Shown here: piece by piece, positions 47,739 through 56,441 of the stretch
Layout of the letters: each line of letters begins with the position of its first letter
Position numbering within the stretch: the first letter of the stretch is position 1
DNA from: Candidatus Caldarchaeum sp.
Lineage (GTDB): Archaea; Thermoproteota; Nitrososphaeria_A; Caldarchaeales; Caldarchaeaceae
Assembly: GCA_038885755.1 (NCBI GenBank)
Contig: JAVZZH010000002.1
Location: 96,001-160,000, forward strand
Direction: 5' to 3'
DNA: 64,000 bases
Notes under the pieces: generated by a model
Database searches by the model: none
What the model saw: only the letters and a program-made list of their open reading frames with translations
Told to the model about the DNA's origin: nothing
Program-made: the position numbers and the translations under genes

Positions 47739-48164
47739 TTGCCCCATTACGTCCGCTGCATGGAGGAGGAGACGTGGCTCACCGAGTCGAGGCCCATCAC
47801 CACGTGGAGAGCTTTGGAGCAGCTTGCTAAACAGCTTCTGACTAACGACAGCCTTGTAAGGCTTCCCGTGAAGAGGAAGGTTTATTCACGCGACGAGGTC
47901 AAGGCGTGGACAGACTTCTTTTTCAAGGTGAGAGATTATAAGCCGGCGGTTAAGCTGGAGCTGTCGAAGTTCCACCTCGGGCACGGCGTGATGGATTTTG
48001 AAAGGCTTGCGGCTGAGATGGGTGTGGGGACTGAGGAGGCCGCTTTGTATGTGAAAACACTTGACAAGCCTTTGATGATGGCGGCGGCTGAGGAGATGCT
48101 GCAGGCCGTTATGCACAGCCACAAGTTCACCCACCACGTAGAGCTTGTCAAGGGAAGGGTTTAG
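47739..48164 (+). CDS. Hypothetical protein
   Basis: 141-aa ORF 8 nt after mscS on the same strand. Confidence 0.6.
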   Translation: MPHYVRCMEEETWLTESRPITTWRALEQLAKQLLTNDSLVRLPVKRKVYSRDEVKAWTDFFFKVRDYKPAVKLELSKFHLGHGVMDFERLAAEMGVGTEEAALYVKTLDKPLMMAAAEEMLQAVMHSHKFTHHVELVKGRV

Positions 48165-48228
48165 ACGGACTGCGCGGGTACTCATTGGCCTGTTCATAAC
48201 TTAAATGCTCGTTAGCCGACTTTGCGGC

Positions 48229-49761
48229 ATGGAGCCTATACGAATACAGCTCAGCAGAATATTCTCCGACCTTTATGAAGAAGACCGTGATGGTTATCCG
48301 GTCTTCGGCACGTTCATCAACGGAGTCTGGTCCATCTCCCCGGAACAACCCACGTTCAACGTCCACTCCCCTATAGACGGGTCTGTCCTGATGAGGGTTC
48401 AGAAATGCGGCGTGGCTGAGGTGGACAGAGCTGTTTCATCCGCTAGGGATAATCAGCATAAGATAAGGTCTCTTGCGGCTATCGACAGGATCGAGATAAT
48501 GGATGAAGCTTCTAGGATAATCAAGCAGCATGCAGAGGATTTCGCCAGAGTCATCACGTATGAGATGGGGAGGCCGATCGTGGACTCCCCGGGAGAGGTC
48601 AACGCTCTCGTGGAGAGGCTGAGGCTCAGCATGGAGGACGCTCGCACGGTGAGCGGCGAATACATTCCCGGCGACTGGTCGCCTGACACCGTTGGAAAAA
48701 TAGCCATAGTTTTGAGGGAGCCTGTGGGGGTTGTCGGCGCCATAGGCCCGTTCAACTACCCTTTGTTCATACCTGCGGCTAAGGTAATCCCGGCTCTATT
48801 AGGGGCAAACTCGGTCGTGGCGAAGCCTTCCAGCAGCGCACCCCTCTCCTTGATGATGCTGGCTAGAGTTCTGCAGATTGCAGGCTTGCCTGACGGAGTT
48901 CTCAACGTCTTATGCGGTCCGGGAGAGCTAGGTATAGCCATAGCAAGCCATCCAGACGTCGGAATGGTTTCCTTTACGGGAAGCACTGAGGCTGGGAGGG
49001 ACGTGGCTAGAAACGCCGTCAACAAGCGACTACACCTCGAGCTCGGCGGCAAAGGCTACGCTCTCGTCTTGAGCGATGCAGACCTAGAGCTGGCTGCGAA
49101 AAAATGCGTCGAGGGAGCGTTGAAAAACGCAGGACAGCGCTGCGACGCCGTGAGCATGGTTTTGGTGGATAAATCGGTGGCAGAACAGTTCACCGACCTA
49201 GTGCTGCGGTTTGTTGAGGAGTGGAGGCTGGGCGACCCACGAGACCTGTCTACTAGGGTCGGCCCTCTTGTCAACGAGCAAGCCGCCAAGCGGGTGAACT
49301 CCATGGTCATGGACGCTGTTGAAAAAGGCGCTGAGCTGAAGTTCGGCGGGTCCTTCCACTCAGCATACCATCAGCCGACCGTGCTAACCCATGTTCCCGA
49401 GAACGCCGTCATAGTCTGGGAGGAGACTTTCGGCCCGGTGATCCCGATAATGGAGGTGGAGAGCGACAGCCACGCCCTATCTATCGCCACGAGGTCCAAG
49501 TACGGATTGGACGCAGCCGTCTTCACGAATGACTTCTACCGGATGTGGAAAGTAGTCAAAGCGTTGAGGGTGGGAGAGGTGACGATAAACGACTTCCCAC
49601 GGCACGGAGTTGGTTTCTTCCCGTTCGGAGGAGTGAAGGAGTCAGGCATAGGCAGGGAGGGAATAGGGTACTCGATAGAGGAGATGATGGTTTTGAAGAC
49701 TGTTGTGTTCAACCTCGAGCCGGCTGGTCTAGGTAAGCTTAGACGGCCTAAGATAGACTGA
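48229..49761 (+). CDS. gapN: Non-phosphorylating GAP dehydrogenase (GAPN), aldehyde dehydrogenase family
   Basis: GEYIPGDWS..T, REPVGVV.AI.PFNYPL, FTGS, LELGGK, AGQRCDA, EETFGP, PRHG.G.FPFGG.K.SG.GREG. Confidence 0.82.
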   Translation: MEPIRIQLSRIFSDLYEEDRDGYPVFGTFINGVWSISPEQPTFNVHSPIDGSVLMRVQKCGVAEVDRAVSSARDNQHKIRSLAAIDRIEIMDEASRIIKQHAEDFARVITYEMGRPIVDSPGEVNALVERLRLSMEDARTVSGEYIPGDWSPDTVGKIAIVLREPVGVVGAIGPFNYPLFIPAAKVIPALLGANSVVAKPSSSAPLSLMMLARVLQIAGLPDGVLNVLCGPGELGIAIASHPDVGMVSFTGSTEAGRDVARNAVNKRLHLELGGKGYALVLSDADLELAAKKCVEGALKNAGQRCDAVSMVLVDKSVAEQFTDLVLRFVEEWRLGDPRDLSTRVGPLVNEQAAKRVNSMVMDAVEKGAELKFGGSFHSAYHQPTVLTHVPENAVIVWEETFGPVIPIMEVESDSHALSIATRSKYGLDAAVFTNDFYRMWKVVKALRVGEVTINDFPRHGVGFFPFGGVKESGIGREGIGYSIEEMMVLKTVVFNLEPAGLGKLRRPKID

Positions 49762-49772
49762 AAACCGCACCC

Positions 49773-50309
49773 TTAGCGACTGCTGAAAACAGGCGTTAAA
49801 TCAACCAGCAAAATTACACCGTTCTCCGACGGAAAGGGAGAGCCACGGCCCAGCTCCTCTATCACGTCCTCCACACGTGCGGTAAGCTCGTCAAAGTCCA
49901 TCCTCTCAACAGGAACTATCACCACGGCGAACCTAGGCTCCTTACTTATCTCCTTAAGGTCAGCTTCGGTCACCGGGAAAACAATCCAAGTGACACGACG
50001 AATTTCATGCATGGGTACGGCTATCACCCACAGGTCGTAGTCCTCGCTGACCAACGGAGTAAGGAGAATGAAGGACGCTGACCCTTTGAACCCGCTCCAC
50101 AGCTGCTGGAAATAAGTGTCTTGGACGCCGACCAGCAGGATGTTCTTGCTTGGAAGCGTCTTGACCTCCTCAGGGTCTACCTCGCCGAGGGCTGTTATAG
50201 TCCCGGGGAGAACCCTGTTCTCGTATCCAGAGTAGGTTTTGAAGACATGCTGGTAGGACTCTATTCTAGCGAGCGACTCCAGAAGCTGTTTTTCCTCCGA
50301 CGTTTTCAA
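49773..50309 (-). CDS. Hypothetical protein
   Basis: 178-aa ORF directly downstream of lysC on the same strand. Confidence 0.55.
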   Translation of the reverse strand: MKTSEEKQLLESLARIESYQHVFKTYSGYENRVLPGTITALGEVDPEEVKTLPSKNILLVGVQDTYFQQLWSGFKGSASFILLTPLVSEDYDLWVIAVPMHEIRRVTWIVFPVTEADLKEISKEPRFAVVIVPVERMDFDELTARVEDVIEELGRGSPFPSENGVILLVDLTPVFSSR

Positions 50310-50313
50310 CTAA

Positions 50314-51726
50314 TCATCTCCGGGTCTCACCGTTCTTCCCCAGCCCGTACTCGCTGTGTATGGTTTTGACGGCCTCCACTCCGTCGGATTCTTTAACCAC
50401 GAAGCTGATGTTGAGCTCCGAACTTCCCTGAGCAATCATCCTGATGTTTATACCCTTAGAGGCCACGGCTCCGAAGACACGGCTCGCAACGCCGGGAGTC
50501 CCCTTCATACCCTCCCCCACCACAGCCACGACCACCACATCTTCCTCAGGCTCGACAGAGGCCACGATCCTAGTACCGAGAAGGGCTTTCTCAATCGATG
50601 TAACTGCTTTGTTGAGATGGCTCCGCTTGATGATTAGCGATATGCTGGATTCTGAGATGCTTTGAGAGATCATCATGACGCTCACGCCAGCCTTGTAGAG
50701 CGTGTCGAGTATCCGGGCCGCTGTGCCCGGCTCCCCCACCATGCTCGGGCCCTTGACGGTGAGCATCGCCGTGTTGTTGACCAGCAGAACGGCTTTGACA
50801 GGCTTGCTTGACTTCTCCGAGACGTCGGTTATCAAGGTGCCTTCAGCATCGGGGTTGAAAGTGTTCTTTATCTTGACAGGTATTTTGGCCAGCATCGCAG
50901 GCTCCAGAGCCCTCGGATGAAGGCCTTTGGCGCCGAACAAAGCCATCTCGATAGCTTCGTTGTAGGAGATCATTCTCAAAACCCTGCTGTCGGGAACAAT
51001 CCTAGGGTTGGCGGTCATCAACCCGTCGACATCGGTCCAAAGCCAAACCTCGTCAGCTGGAAGACTGCTGGCGAGAATAGTAGCCGTGTAGTCCGACCCT
51101 CCCCTGCCCAAAGTAGTCGTCACACCCTCCTCGTTCGTCGCTATGAACCCTGTCACAACAGGTATGATTCCCTCGTCGAGCATCCTTCCCACCCTCCGCT
51201 TGACGTTGAGCCTCGTCACCTCCGTCAAAGGCGCTGCCTCACCGAAGTTGGAGTCCGTGACTATGCCCGCCTCACCCCCGTCTAGGTATTGTGCTTTGAG
51301 GCCCATCGAGTTTAGGGCTCCAGCCATAACAAGCGTCGAAAGCCTCTCCCCGAAGGAGAGAACATAGTCCGTGCTACGAGGCGTCGCCTCACGCAGGTAA
51401 AGTATTCCGAGCGTAGCTCTCCTCAGCTCCCGAAGCCACTGCTTCAGAGTTTCACCGGTCTCCTCCCTCACCCTGTCGTCCGCAACAGCGGCGAGAAGGT
51501 TTAGATGATGCTGCTCAAGCTGGGAGAGTCTCCGCTCAACATCCTCCGAACGACCTCGACGCGCCGTCTCGACGAGCGCCAGCAAGTCATCCGTAGTGTC
51601 GCCGGAGGCCGAGCAGACAACTATTATCTCATGCTCGGAGGCATGACCAGCGACTATTGACGCTGCTTTCCTTATCAAATCGGCTGAGGCGAGGGATGAG
51701 CCTCCGAACTTCATCACTATCTTCAA
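50314..51726 (-). CDS. lysC: Aspartate kinase with two ACT domains
   Basis: MKFGGSS, SFGERLS, TLGRGGSDYTA, WTDVDG..TANPR, FGAK.LHP, QGSSE.NIS. Confidence 0.96.
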   Translation of the reverse strand: MKIVMKFGGSSLASADLIRKAASIVAGHASEHEIIVVCSASGDTTDDLLALVETARRGRSEDVERRLSQLEQHHLNLLAAVADDRVREETGETLKQWLRELRRATLGILYLREATPRSTDYVLSFGERLSTLVMAGALNSMGLKAQYLDGGEAGIVTDSNFGEAAPLTEVTRLNVKRRVGRMLDEGIIPVVTGFIATNEEGVTTTLGRGGSDYTATILASSLPADEVWLWTDVDGLMTANPRIVPDSRVLRMISYNEAIEMALFGAKGLHPRALEPAMLAKIPVKIKNTFNPDAEGTLITDVSEKSSKPVKAVLLVNNTAMLTVKGPSMVGEPGTAARILDTLYKAGVSVMMISQSISESSISLIIKRSHLNKAVTSIEKALLGTRIVASVEPEEDVVVVAVVGEGMKGTPGVASRVFGAVASKGINIRMIAQGSSELNISFVVKESDGVEAVKTIHSEYGLGKNGETRR

Positions 51727-52763
51727 GCTTTTTCCCCGGCCTCCGTTCTCAGGATCTTGATCGAGACAAGGTCCCTGACGATTGCCGTGGCTGTTTCAAC
51801 CCCTCCAGCGCCTTTGCCCGATATGACGTGGCTGCCTGAGAAGGTTGTTTTGAAACGTACGGCGTTCATGGCTAGCTTGACAGCTAACGGGTCTCTGGCG
51901 TCAAGCGTCCTAGGACCTACATCCAGCTTACCGCCGCCGGCCACTGCCACAAGCCTCACCACCTTTCCCGCCGACCGGGCTCTATTTACCTCTTCCACAG
52001 AAACCCCGTCAACACCTTCAACCCTGACGTCATGGACAGTAGCCCTCATCCCTAGAACCTCGTTGGCTAGGATCGTGATTTTACAGGCTGTGTCGAGGCC
52101 TTTCACGTCGAGCGTAGGGTCTGCCTCAGCATAGCCCAGCCTCTGAGCCTCGGCCAGCGCTCGGCGAAAGTCGAGCCCGTCCTCCTCCATGCGTGTGAGG
52201 ATGTAGTTGGTTGTACCGTTTAAGATGCCTTCAATCGCCTCAACCCTGTCAGCCCTGCTGCACTCTCTTGCGAAAGCAAGGACCGGCATTCCTCCTCCGA
52301 CCGTTCCGCTGAACTTCAAGTAGACGTCTCGGTGGGATGCGCTCTCCTTCAACGCAGGCATGTAAAGAGCCAGCGCCCCCTTACTCACCGTGACGACGTC
52401 CATCCTGTTCAAGACAGCGGCTCTAATCAAGCTGTAGCTGGGCTCTCCGTCAACGATGTTCGTCGGCGTCGCATCAACCAACACATCCACCTCAGCCTCC
52501 TCGAAAGCATCCAGCATGCTGCTGAAGAAGGCCGAGCCTGCCAGCGACCGTATCCCAGCCCTCCGCTTGGCTTCAAGAAGCTCGTCGGGGTTGATTCCAG
52601 AAGGCTTGTAGACAGCTCCAGACCGGTCGGCCGCGAGCACCAGACGTAGACCAAGGCCGTAGCGGCTCACAAGCTCGCTCCGGTTCCTCGAGATAAGCTC
52701 TAAAAAGCTCTGGCCGACCACGCCGAGACCAGCTAAAGCCACCCTCAAGCCACCGGCCTTCAT
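51723..52763 (-). CDS. hom: Homoserine dehydrogenase
   Basis: GLGVVG, VVTVSKG, TVGGGMP, GILNGTTNYIL, AQRLGYAEADP..DV.G.D.ACK, GAGG.ETA. Confidence 0.95.
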   Translation of the reverse strand: MKAGGLRVALAGLGVVGQSFLELISRNRSELVSRYGLGLRLVLAADRSGAVYKPSGINPDELLEAKRRAGIRSLAGSAFFSSMLDAFEEAEVDVLVDATPTNIVDGEPSYSLIRAAVLNRMDVVTVSKGALALYMPALKESASHRDVYLKFSGTVGGGMPVLAFARECSRADRVEAIEGILNGTTNYILTRMEEDGLDFRRALAEAQRLGYAEADPTLDVKGLDTACKITILANEVLGMRATVHDVRVEGVDGVSVEEVNRARSAGKVVRLVAVAGGGKLDVGPRTLDARDPLAVKLAMNAVRFKTTFSGSHVISGKGAGGVETATAIVRDLVSIKILRTEAGEKA

Positions 52764-52826
52764 CCAAGGAGGTTAAAATACTTCAGGAAACACCTTCTAG
52801 ACGTGGAGGCTGTCTTTCTCAGACGC

Positions 52827-53405
52827 ATGCTTGAAGCAAAAACGCTGCCTTCGGCAGCTGCATCTGCTTTCGCCGTCATCTACGTCCTCGCCGTAGGCAT
52901 AGTCTTCCCCCTGCCCTACGACCTCCCGCCAACGTTCCCAACCCCGTCGGCCGACGTGGTGCTCGACGGCCCCCTAGGCCAAGCTCCATGGATCACAGTA
53001 TACCTCAACAGCCGATGGGTTGTGTCGGTCAACCCAGAAGCCCTCACAGCCTTAGTTGTTTTGACAACGCTTGTCTGGCTCAACACAGCGGCATTAACCT
53101 ACTTAAGCAGGCACGCCGCATGCAGGCCTGCGAAAAACATTCATCTGTCGTGGATGGCTGTTGTCCCGGCTTTCTTTTCCTTCTTCTCCTGCTGCGGAAC
53201 CGGAGTGGTTTCCGGCCTTATCCTAGCTTCCGGCGCGAGCCTTTCGATGTTGGCCTTCCTCCAAGACTACGGAAGACTGTTCACTGCTCTTTCAGCCTTC
53301 ACGCTGACGGCTAACCTCTACATGCTGTACAGAAAGACTCTGCTCATCAAAACCAGCAGGGTGGAGGCTTCTGGTCTAAAGCTTTCTCAACTGGTCGATG
53401 AGTAG
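52827..53405 (+). CDS. Membrane protein with Cys-Cys motif (possible metal binding)
   Basis: About 4-5 TM; AAC and FSCCG motifs. Confidence 0.6.
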   Translation: MLEAKTLPSAAASAFAVIYVLAVGIVFPLPYDLPPTFPTPSADVVLDGPLGQAPWITVYLNSRWVVSVNPEALTALVVLTTLVWLNTAALTYLSRHAACRPAKNIHLSWMAVVPAFFSFFSCCGTGVVSGLILASGASLSMLAFLQDYGRLFTALSAFTLTANLYMLYRKTLLIKTSRVEASGLKLSQLVDE

Positions 53406-53786
53406 AAACAGGCCTATGGCTGCGATGACCAATCCCGCTAGGCTGGCTATGGCTAGTGAGAACCCCGCCAAAGGCCACGAAACTACGGCCCATGGAAAAC
53501 TGCCCATCAGGGCGAGGCCAACGACGAACAGCACAAGCCCCGCTATTAAGGGGCCGGCTTTCGACATGTCGAGCGAAGGCGACACGTACGACACTCCTCC
53601 TTTTCTAGGGACTAGTAGAGCTGCAAAAGTGTAGATTACGGTCATCGGAGTGGGTGCAAGCAGTAGGAGGATGACTCCGACAAGCCTGAGGAGGTTTGGG
53701 TCTACGTTGAGATACTCCCCTAAACCACCGAAAACACCTGCCAGAACTCTGTTTCGCTCCGACCTCTCCAAAACACGGGTGGACAT
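53376..53786 (-). CDS. PspC-domain membrane protein
   Basis: LERS..NRVLAGVFGGLGEYLNVDPNLLRL...Y..AALLVP. Confidence 0.9.
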   Translation of the reverse strand: MSTRVLERSERNRVLAGVFGGLGEYLNVDPNLLRLVGVILLLLAPTPMTVIYTFAALLVPRKGGVSYVSPSLDMSKAGPLIAGLVLFVVGLALMGSFPWAVVSWPLAGFSLAIASLAGLVIAAIGLFLLIDQLRKL

Positions 53787-54021
53787 TTCATTATTACCTT
53801 CACGCCGGGTAATAAATACGTGTTGACGCAGCGTTGTTCCATGCGTTTATGAAGCGCCAAGCTTCGTGCGTGGGGCGTCTTGCATGGAGCGTTCCGTCGA
53901 GATGACGGGCTGTGAACGATTGATTCTCTGCATTCCACCCTAAACGGATCCATACACGGTTTTTTATTTCGAGCCCGGCTGAGTTAAAACGATCCACAAC
54001 CCCCAGCCGATACGCAGCACA

Positions 54022-54489
54022 CTATGAGGTCATCCAAGGGCTTATCTTTTCACCTGTTTTTGCGAGTATTTCGAGAGGTTTTGTTTTGACGCCGCCCATG
54101 CCGGGCGAGCCGGGAGGCATTCCCGGAAGAGCTATGCCGTCTATTGCTGGTTTTTCGATGAAAAGCTTCTTGATTGCCTCCACAGGCACGTGGCCTTCTA
54201 TGAAGTATTGAGCCGCCTGCGCAGTGTGGCAGCTTTGAAGCTCCGCCGGTATTTCGAGCTTCTTCCTGACTCTGTCCAGCTCAAAACTGTCCACCAGAAC
54301 GGTGCGGAAAGCGACGCCCTGTCTTCGGAGGTATGTTTCGTATTCTTTGCAGCATGGGCACTGCTCTGTTCGGTAGATGGTTAACTCGGGTATGGTCTCG
54401 CCTGTTTCGGCTGTGTCCCTCGTCATGGAGCCCTGCAGCAGGACTACCATCGACGCTGCTGCTACTACCAGCAGAATGAAGAAAAGCAT
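54022..54489 (-). CDS. DUF411 / CopG-like exported metal-binding protein
   Basis: N-terminal TM; CPCC..Y..YL...G, SCHT...YFIEGHVP, GIALPGMP.GSPGM; start refined to ATG 54489. Confidence 0.88.
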   Translation of the reverse strand: MLFFILLVVAAASMVVLLQGSMTRDTAETGETIPELTIYRTEQCPCCKEYETYLRRQGVAFRTVLVDSFELDRVRKKLEIPAELQSCHTAQAAQYFIEGHVPVEAIKKLFIEKPAIDGIALPGMPPGSPGMGGVKTKPLEILAKTGEKISPWMTS

Positions 54490-54514
54490 GTTTTTCGTCG
54501 TCTGCTGACGTTTC

Positions 54515-54901
54515 TTAGGATGGTTTCCACGTGAGCGCAAGGACCCCACCCAGTATGGCCAGCAGAGCACCTATTAAAAACCCACCCATTCCAAACAAGC
54601 TGACGGTTGAGGAGGCGAGTATTACTGCTCCCCATGTCTGGGCTTGGTTGGGACGGTTTTGAAGCATCAGTGCGCTGGCTATTACTATGAGTCCTGAGAC
54701 GAGGCCTATCGTCGAGAAGGCTGACCACGCCCATGGCATCATCCAGCCCATCATCCACGGCCCCATTACACCACCCCATCCACCCATCATGCCGCCCCAC
54801 ATCATCCAAACAGCTACGCCGAGCAACCCTCCGGCCAGTATGAACACGCCTCCGACAAGGGATAGGATGATGGCGGCTGTCGGTTTTTCCCCTACCGTCA
54901 A
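54515..54901 (-). CDS. Four-TM membrane protein with Met/Gly-rich loop (DUF4064-like)
   Basis: EKPTAAIILSLVGG..I, loop WMMWGGMMGGWGGVMGPWMMGWMM, GGFLIG..L.ILGG.LAL. Confidence 0.75.
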   Translation of the reverse strand: MTVGEKPTAAIILSLVGGVFILAGGLLGVAVWMMWGGMMGGWGGVMGPWMMGWMMPWAWSAFSTIGLVSGLIVIASALMLQNRPNQAQTWGAVILASSTVSLFGMGGFLIGALLAILGGVLALTWKPS

Positions 54902-55630
54902 CTACTCATCCTCCAGTTCTATCTCCTGTATGAACCGGCCATGCCAGCCATGGTACCAGACCATGCCGTTGAACCCGTTTACGCTCAGCATCCCGTGAAT
55001 ACTTCCGTCGAGCCTGTAGTCTATCGTGTAGTAGCCGTAGAAACGGGTTGGATGCTCAACTTCCACGACACCGGTAAACCTGTTCCTGAGATAGTTTAAC
55101 GCTATTTGCTCTGCTTGCTCGCTACTTATGGATAGGTCGGCGGTTGGTGCTGTGTAAGGTCCCGTCATGCGGTGGTGCATGCCGTACTTTGTGTTCCACA
55201 TCATGTTGGGCCCGGGTTCTGGATGTATGGATCCTGTGTACGGGTCGACTAGGAGTTCGAAAGCCCCCACGCCTGTGTCTTGTTCTACTACTACGGCGTA
55301 AAAGTTGTACTGAAACTCCATCACCTCATGCAGCTTAGGGTTTCCTCCAAGCCGTGATACGTAGGTCTGCAGTAAATCGGTGGCCTGTTGTATGGTGAGT
55401 CTTTGTCCCGTGGGCGTCGAAGACCCTCCAATCCAGCTGAAGCATGGACACTGGTTCATCATCCATCCATGCATCCCCATCATGTTGGGGGAAAAGGAGG
55501 GCTGTTGAGGGAACATTCTCCAAGCCGTCTGAACACCCCACCAGTAAGGCTGCAGGAAGGCCGTAGCCAAACCAACGGCTAAGACGGCTGCCGTCAAGGC
55601 TAACAAAACAACAACCACCGTTGTTTTCAC
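54902..55630 (-). CDS. Exported Met/His-rich PepSY-like protein
   Basis: Signal/TM; NMMGMHGWMM, EVMEF..NFY, GAFELLVDP, PEPGPNMMWNTKYGMH, FYGYYT, GMLSVNG, WYHGWHG.F. Confidence 0.75.
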   Translation of the reverse strand: MKTTVVVVLLALTAAVLAVGLATAFLQPYWWGVQTAWRMFPQQPSFSPNMMGMHGWMMNQCPCFSWIGGSSTPTGQRLTIQQATDLLQTYVSRLGGNPKLHEVMEFQYNFYAVVVEQDTGVGAFELLVDPYTGSIHPEPGPNMMWNTKYGMHHRMTGPYTAPTADLSISSEQAEQIALNYLRNRFTGVVEVEHPTRFYGYYTIDYRLDGSIHGMLSVNGFNGMVWYHGWHGRFIQEIELEDE

Positions 55631-55679
55631 GTCTTCTCCTCACCGTTATAGCGGTGTTAGGTGATAATTAGGGTTTGTC

Positions 55680-55697
55680 GAAACGGTCGTGAAACAG
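55680..55697 (-). promoter_or_regulatory. Putative operator GAAACGG-N2-GTGAAACA, copy 1
   Basis: + strand gaaacggtcgtgaaacag, just upstream of the TATA-like TAATTATC of the 55630 gene. Confidence 0.5.
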
Positions 55698-55706
55698 TCC
55701 GGGTTT

Positions 55707-56279
55707 TTATTGTTCGACGATTATGCTGCCGTACATTCCCCGGTCTGCATGAGTCTTGGGGAAGGTCAGTTCGAGCTCGGCGCAGACATAGTGGTAGGTT
55801 CCGGGTTTGTCGAATTTTAGGGTGAAGGGTTTTGTCTCCCCGGGCTTTACGTTGACGTCGGCGACAGGTTTCCCGTTAACCGACAGCATGACCGCCGAGG
55901 AATGGTGATGTATCTCCTCGAGCTCTTCAGAGTTGATGATCGACCTTTCATCCATCCCCCTTGCCTGCAGCTCCTCCAGCTTGTCGTGGAACTCCTTCAG
56001 AAAAGCACTCCTATCCTTAACTACCATAAACTCGTGTTCAGCGCCTCCTTTATTCGTGAGCACTATCCTGAGGGGTTCGCCGGTCTTGATGCGTATCGTG
56101 GGCCCTCCAGACACACCGTTGAATCCGAACTCATACGCCTCCAGCTTAACCTCCTTCACACCCGTCGTCGTCATAAGAAAAGCCAACAGCACTCCCGCAA
56201 CTCCTACGAATGCCGCGAAAATTAACAGGGATTTCAGCCGCCCAACCCCAGCAACACCGTTCCTGTCGCGTCTCATCAA
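55707..56279 (-). CDS. Membrane-anchored cupredoxin (type-1 blue copper; CopI/sulfocyanin-like)
   Basis: N-terminal TM; GPTI, N.GG.EHEF, His-rich insert EIHHH, VKPGE, PGTYHYVC...HADRGMYG (H/C/H/M ligands). Confidence 0.85.
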   Translation of the reverse strand: MMRRDRNGVAGVGRLKSLLIFAAFVGVAGVLLAFLMTTTGVKEVKLEAYEFGFNGVSGGPTIRIKTGEPLRIVLTNKGGAEHEFMVVKDRSAFLKEFHDKLEELQARGMDERSIINSEELEEIHHHSSAVMLSVNGKPVADVNVKPGETKPFTLKFDKPGTYHYVCAELELTFPKTHADRGMYGSIIVEQ

Positions 56280-56314
56280 CCCCGACCTCGAGACAAACTA
56301 TTTAAAAATTCGCT

Positions 56315-56350
56315 GAAACGGCTGTGAAACAAAACACGTGAACCGGTTCA
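56315..56350. promoter_or_regulatory. Putative operator copy 2 plus 12-bp palindrome in the divergent promoter region
   Basis: gaaacggctgtgaaacaa at 56315-56332 upstream of the minus-strand TTTAAATA; perfect palindrome TGAACCGGTTCA at 56339-56350. Confidence 0.5.
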
Positions 56351-56441
56351 GCGAACAGCGACAGCGGGAAACATATTAACTGAGCGCTCAACTATCGCTT
56401 ACGGAAGATAAGTTTATCTTGGTTGATGAAAAAGCATAACC

